A stretch of 63,068 nt of DNA, the filler included, from Rhabdomonas costata (Eukaryota): the NCBI GenBank assembly GCA_019059605.1. It is 42 parts of 42 records of this genome, joined end to end, with 100 filler letters (N's around TTAATTAATTAA, not from the genome) between each part and the next. Parts side by side here need not be neighbours in the genome. Positions count along the whole stretch, not along the records: positions 61,667 to 63,068 come from JAHMHO010016991.1; 41 more parts are not named here. One strand, written 5' to 3'. Each line of letters starts with the position of its first letter. The stretch's first letter is position 1. Of the stretch, positions 62,148 to 63,068 are shown one piece after another. The position numbers and the translations under genes are program-made. Under the pieces are notes generated by a model, which was given only the letters and a program-made list of their open reading frames with translations, had not been told where the DNA came from and ran no database searches.

Positions 62148-63068
62148 ATGTATTGGCAGATCCATACCCCAGGCCAGGTCTACCCCCGGGCCTTCGCCCA
62201 CGAGCTGGCCGGGGTTGTATGGGACCGCATGGTGGAGTACCAGAGCTTTTTGGGGCGCCAGCCCTTCTTCGTGATCGGCACCCAGGCCCGCCCCGTTACC
62301 CCGGCGCTGGCCCTCCACCTTCACCACAAGTCCGTGTGACTTTCTCACTTCAGTGAGCTGTAGTGTCAGGTCCTACTTCAAGCTTTTGGTTGGTCATCTT
62401 TGGTCTGTCCCTGTGATTGGAGGATCCGGAAGGAGCAATAAGCAGGACTTTACGCACGAGGATGGGGGGGGGGCAAAGTGGCGTGTTGATTGGTTGAGTT
62501 GCCAGGCGGTTTTGGTCACGTCTGCCGTCCCCGCCCGTTCCCGCACGCAGGCCCTGGCTGAAGGCTGCCGCGGAGAGGATGGCTCTGTCCTGCGGAGGCT
62601 CGGAGCTGTGCCTGGAGAGTGGCTTTGTCGTGCACCTGCATGTGCTGAGCTCCCTTCTGGACAAGGAGGCCGCATGGTGTGTTGTCCCCACACGTCACCA
62701 GATCGGATGCACCAACCCCCAATTCACGTCGTTGTCGTTACCGTGGAACTTGCAGAACGATTTCGCGGTTTCGAATCATAGCGGCCCCGGCGCTCTTTGC
62801 AAACGTTTTTGTTTGCAACAAGCACATGCGCCTGTGAAAGCAAGAAAAACAAAGTGGGACGATTCATCGAACACCAATCGTGCACAGGACAGAAACACTA
62901 CCCAGTCACGAGCCTGATCCTTAGATAATTTGCTGGCAGCATTATTTGTCTTCGCAGCGACAATAAGCTCTCCGTTCACACGTCACCTCAGGAACAAGGC
63001 CCAGAGTCTCCCCGACTCGGCCTTCAGCCTGGCGTGCCCCAGCTGCAGCGGCAACAGCCACACCACCC
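62148..63068 (+). CDS. GH81 endo-beta-1,3-glucanase, C-terminal region; exons 62148-62329, 62551-62676, 62992->63068
   Basis: MYWQI...YPRAF...AGVVWDRMVEYQSFLG...VIGTQARPVTP...K|PWL...LDKEAAW|NKAQSLPDSAF...GNSHT matches GH81 YW...GxxW...YxTxFG...GIQxLPxTP...DxxxAW. Both joins are phase 2. Confidence 0.8.

Noticed and set aside
1-63068. Cyclases, histidine kinase and transposons read as one gene cluster or system
   Set aside because: They lie on separate size-sorted contigs, so their adjacency is artificial.

Overview
This is not a contiguous locus. It is 42 unrelated contigs of about 1.4 kb (mostly 1400-1404 bp, size-sorted), joined by 41 artificial 100-bp linkers (N44-TTAATTAATTAA-N44), so neighbourhood across a linker means nothing. 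The DNA is intron-rich eukaryotic nuclear sequence, most likely a euglenozoan and probably a euglenid. That inference rests on euglenozoan-type class III cyclases (EWMY and NLxxYxPYLP motifs), an articulin-like VPV exon, a GH81 beta-1,3-glucanase and flagellar genes. Hand-spliced gene fragments include four nucleotide cyclases, a myosin motor, a membrane histidine kinase, a kinesin, a P4-ATPase, TAPT1, CCDC146/MBO2, WRAP73, a GST-like domain, a tandem disintegrin-repeat protein and GH81. Mobile DNA comprises a decayed Merlin/IS1595-like transposase, a decayed Ty3/gypsy pol and a tyrosine-recombinase retroelement RNase H. Most contig ends carry G/T-only primer scars and 11 ends fold back as hairpins, both best explained as whole-genome-amplification artefacts. 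The best leads are (1) the compositionally alien contig at 51134-52536, with a 30-bp direct-repeat cassette, possibly organellar or extrachromosomal; (2) frequent GC-AG introns; (3) catalytically degenerate cyclases; and (4) a Merlin transposase with an apparent DDD triad. I found no rRNA, tRNA, CRISPR array or multi-gene system. All protein assignments are motif recognition by eye, not database results.
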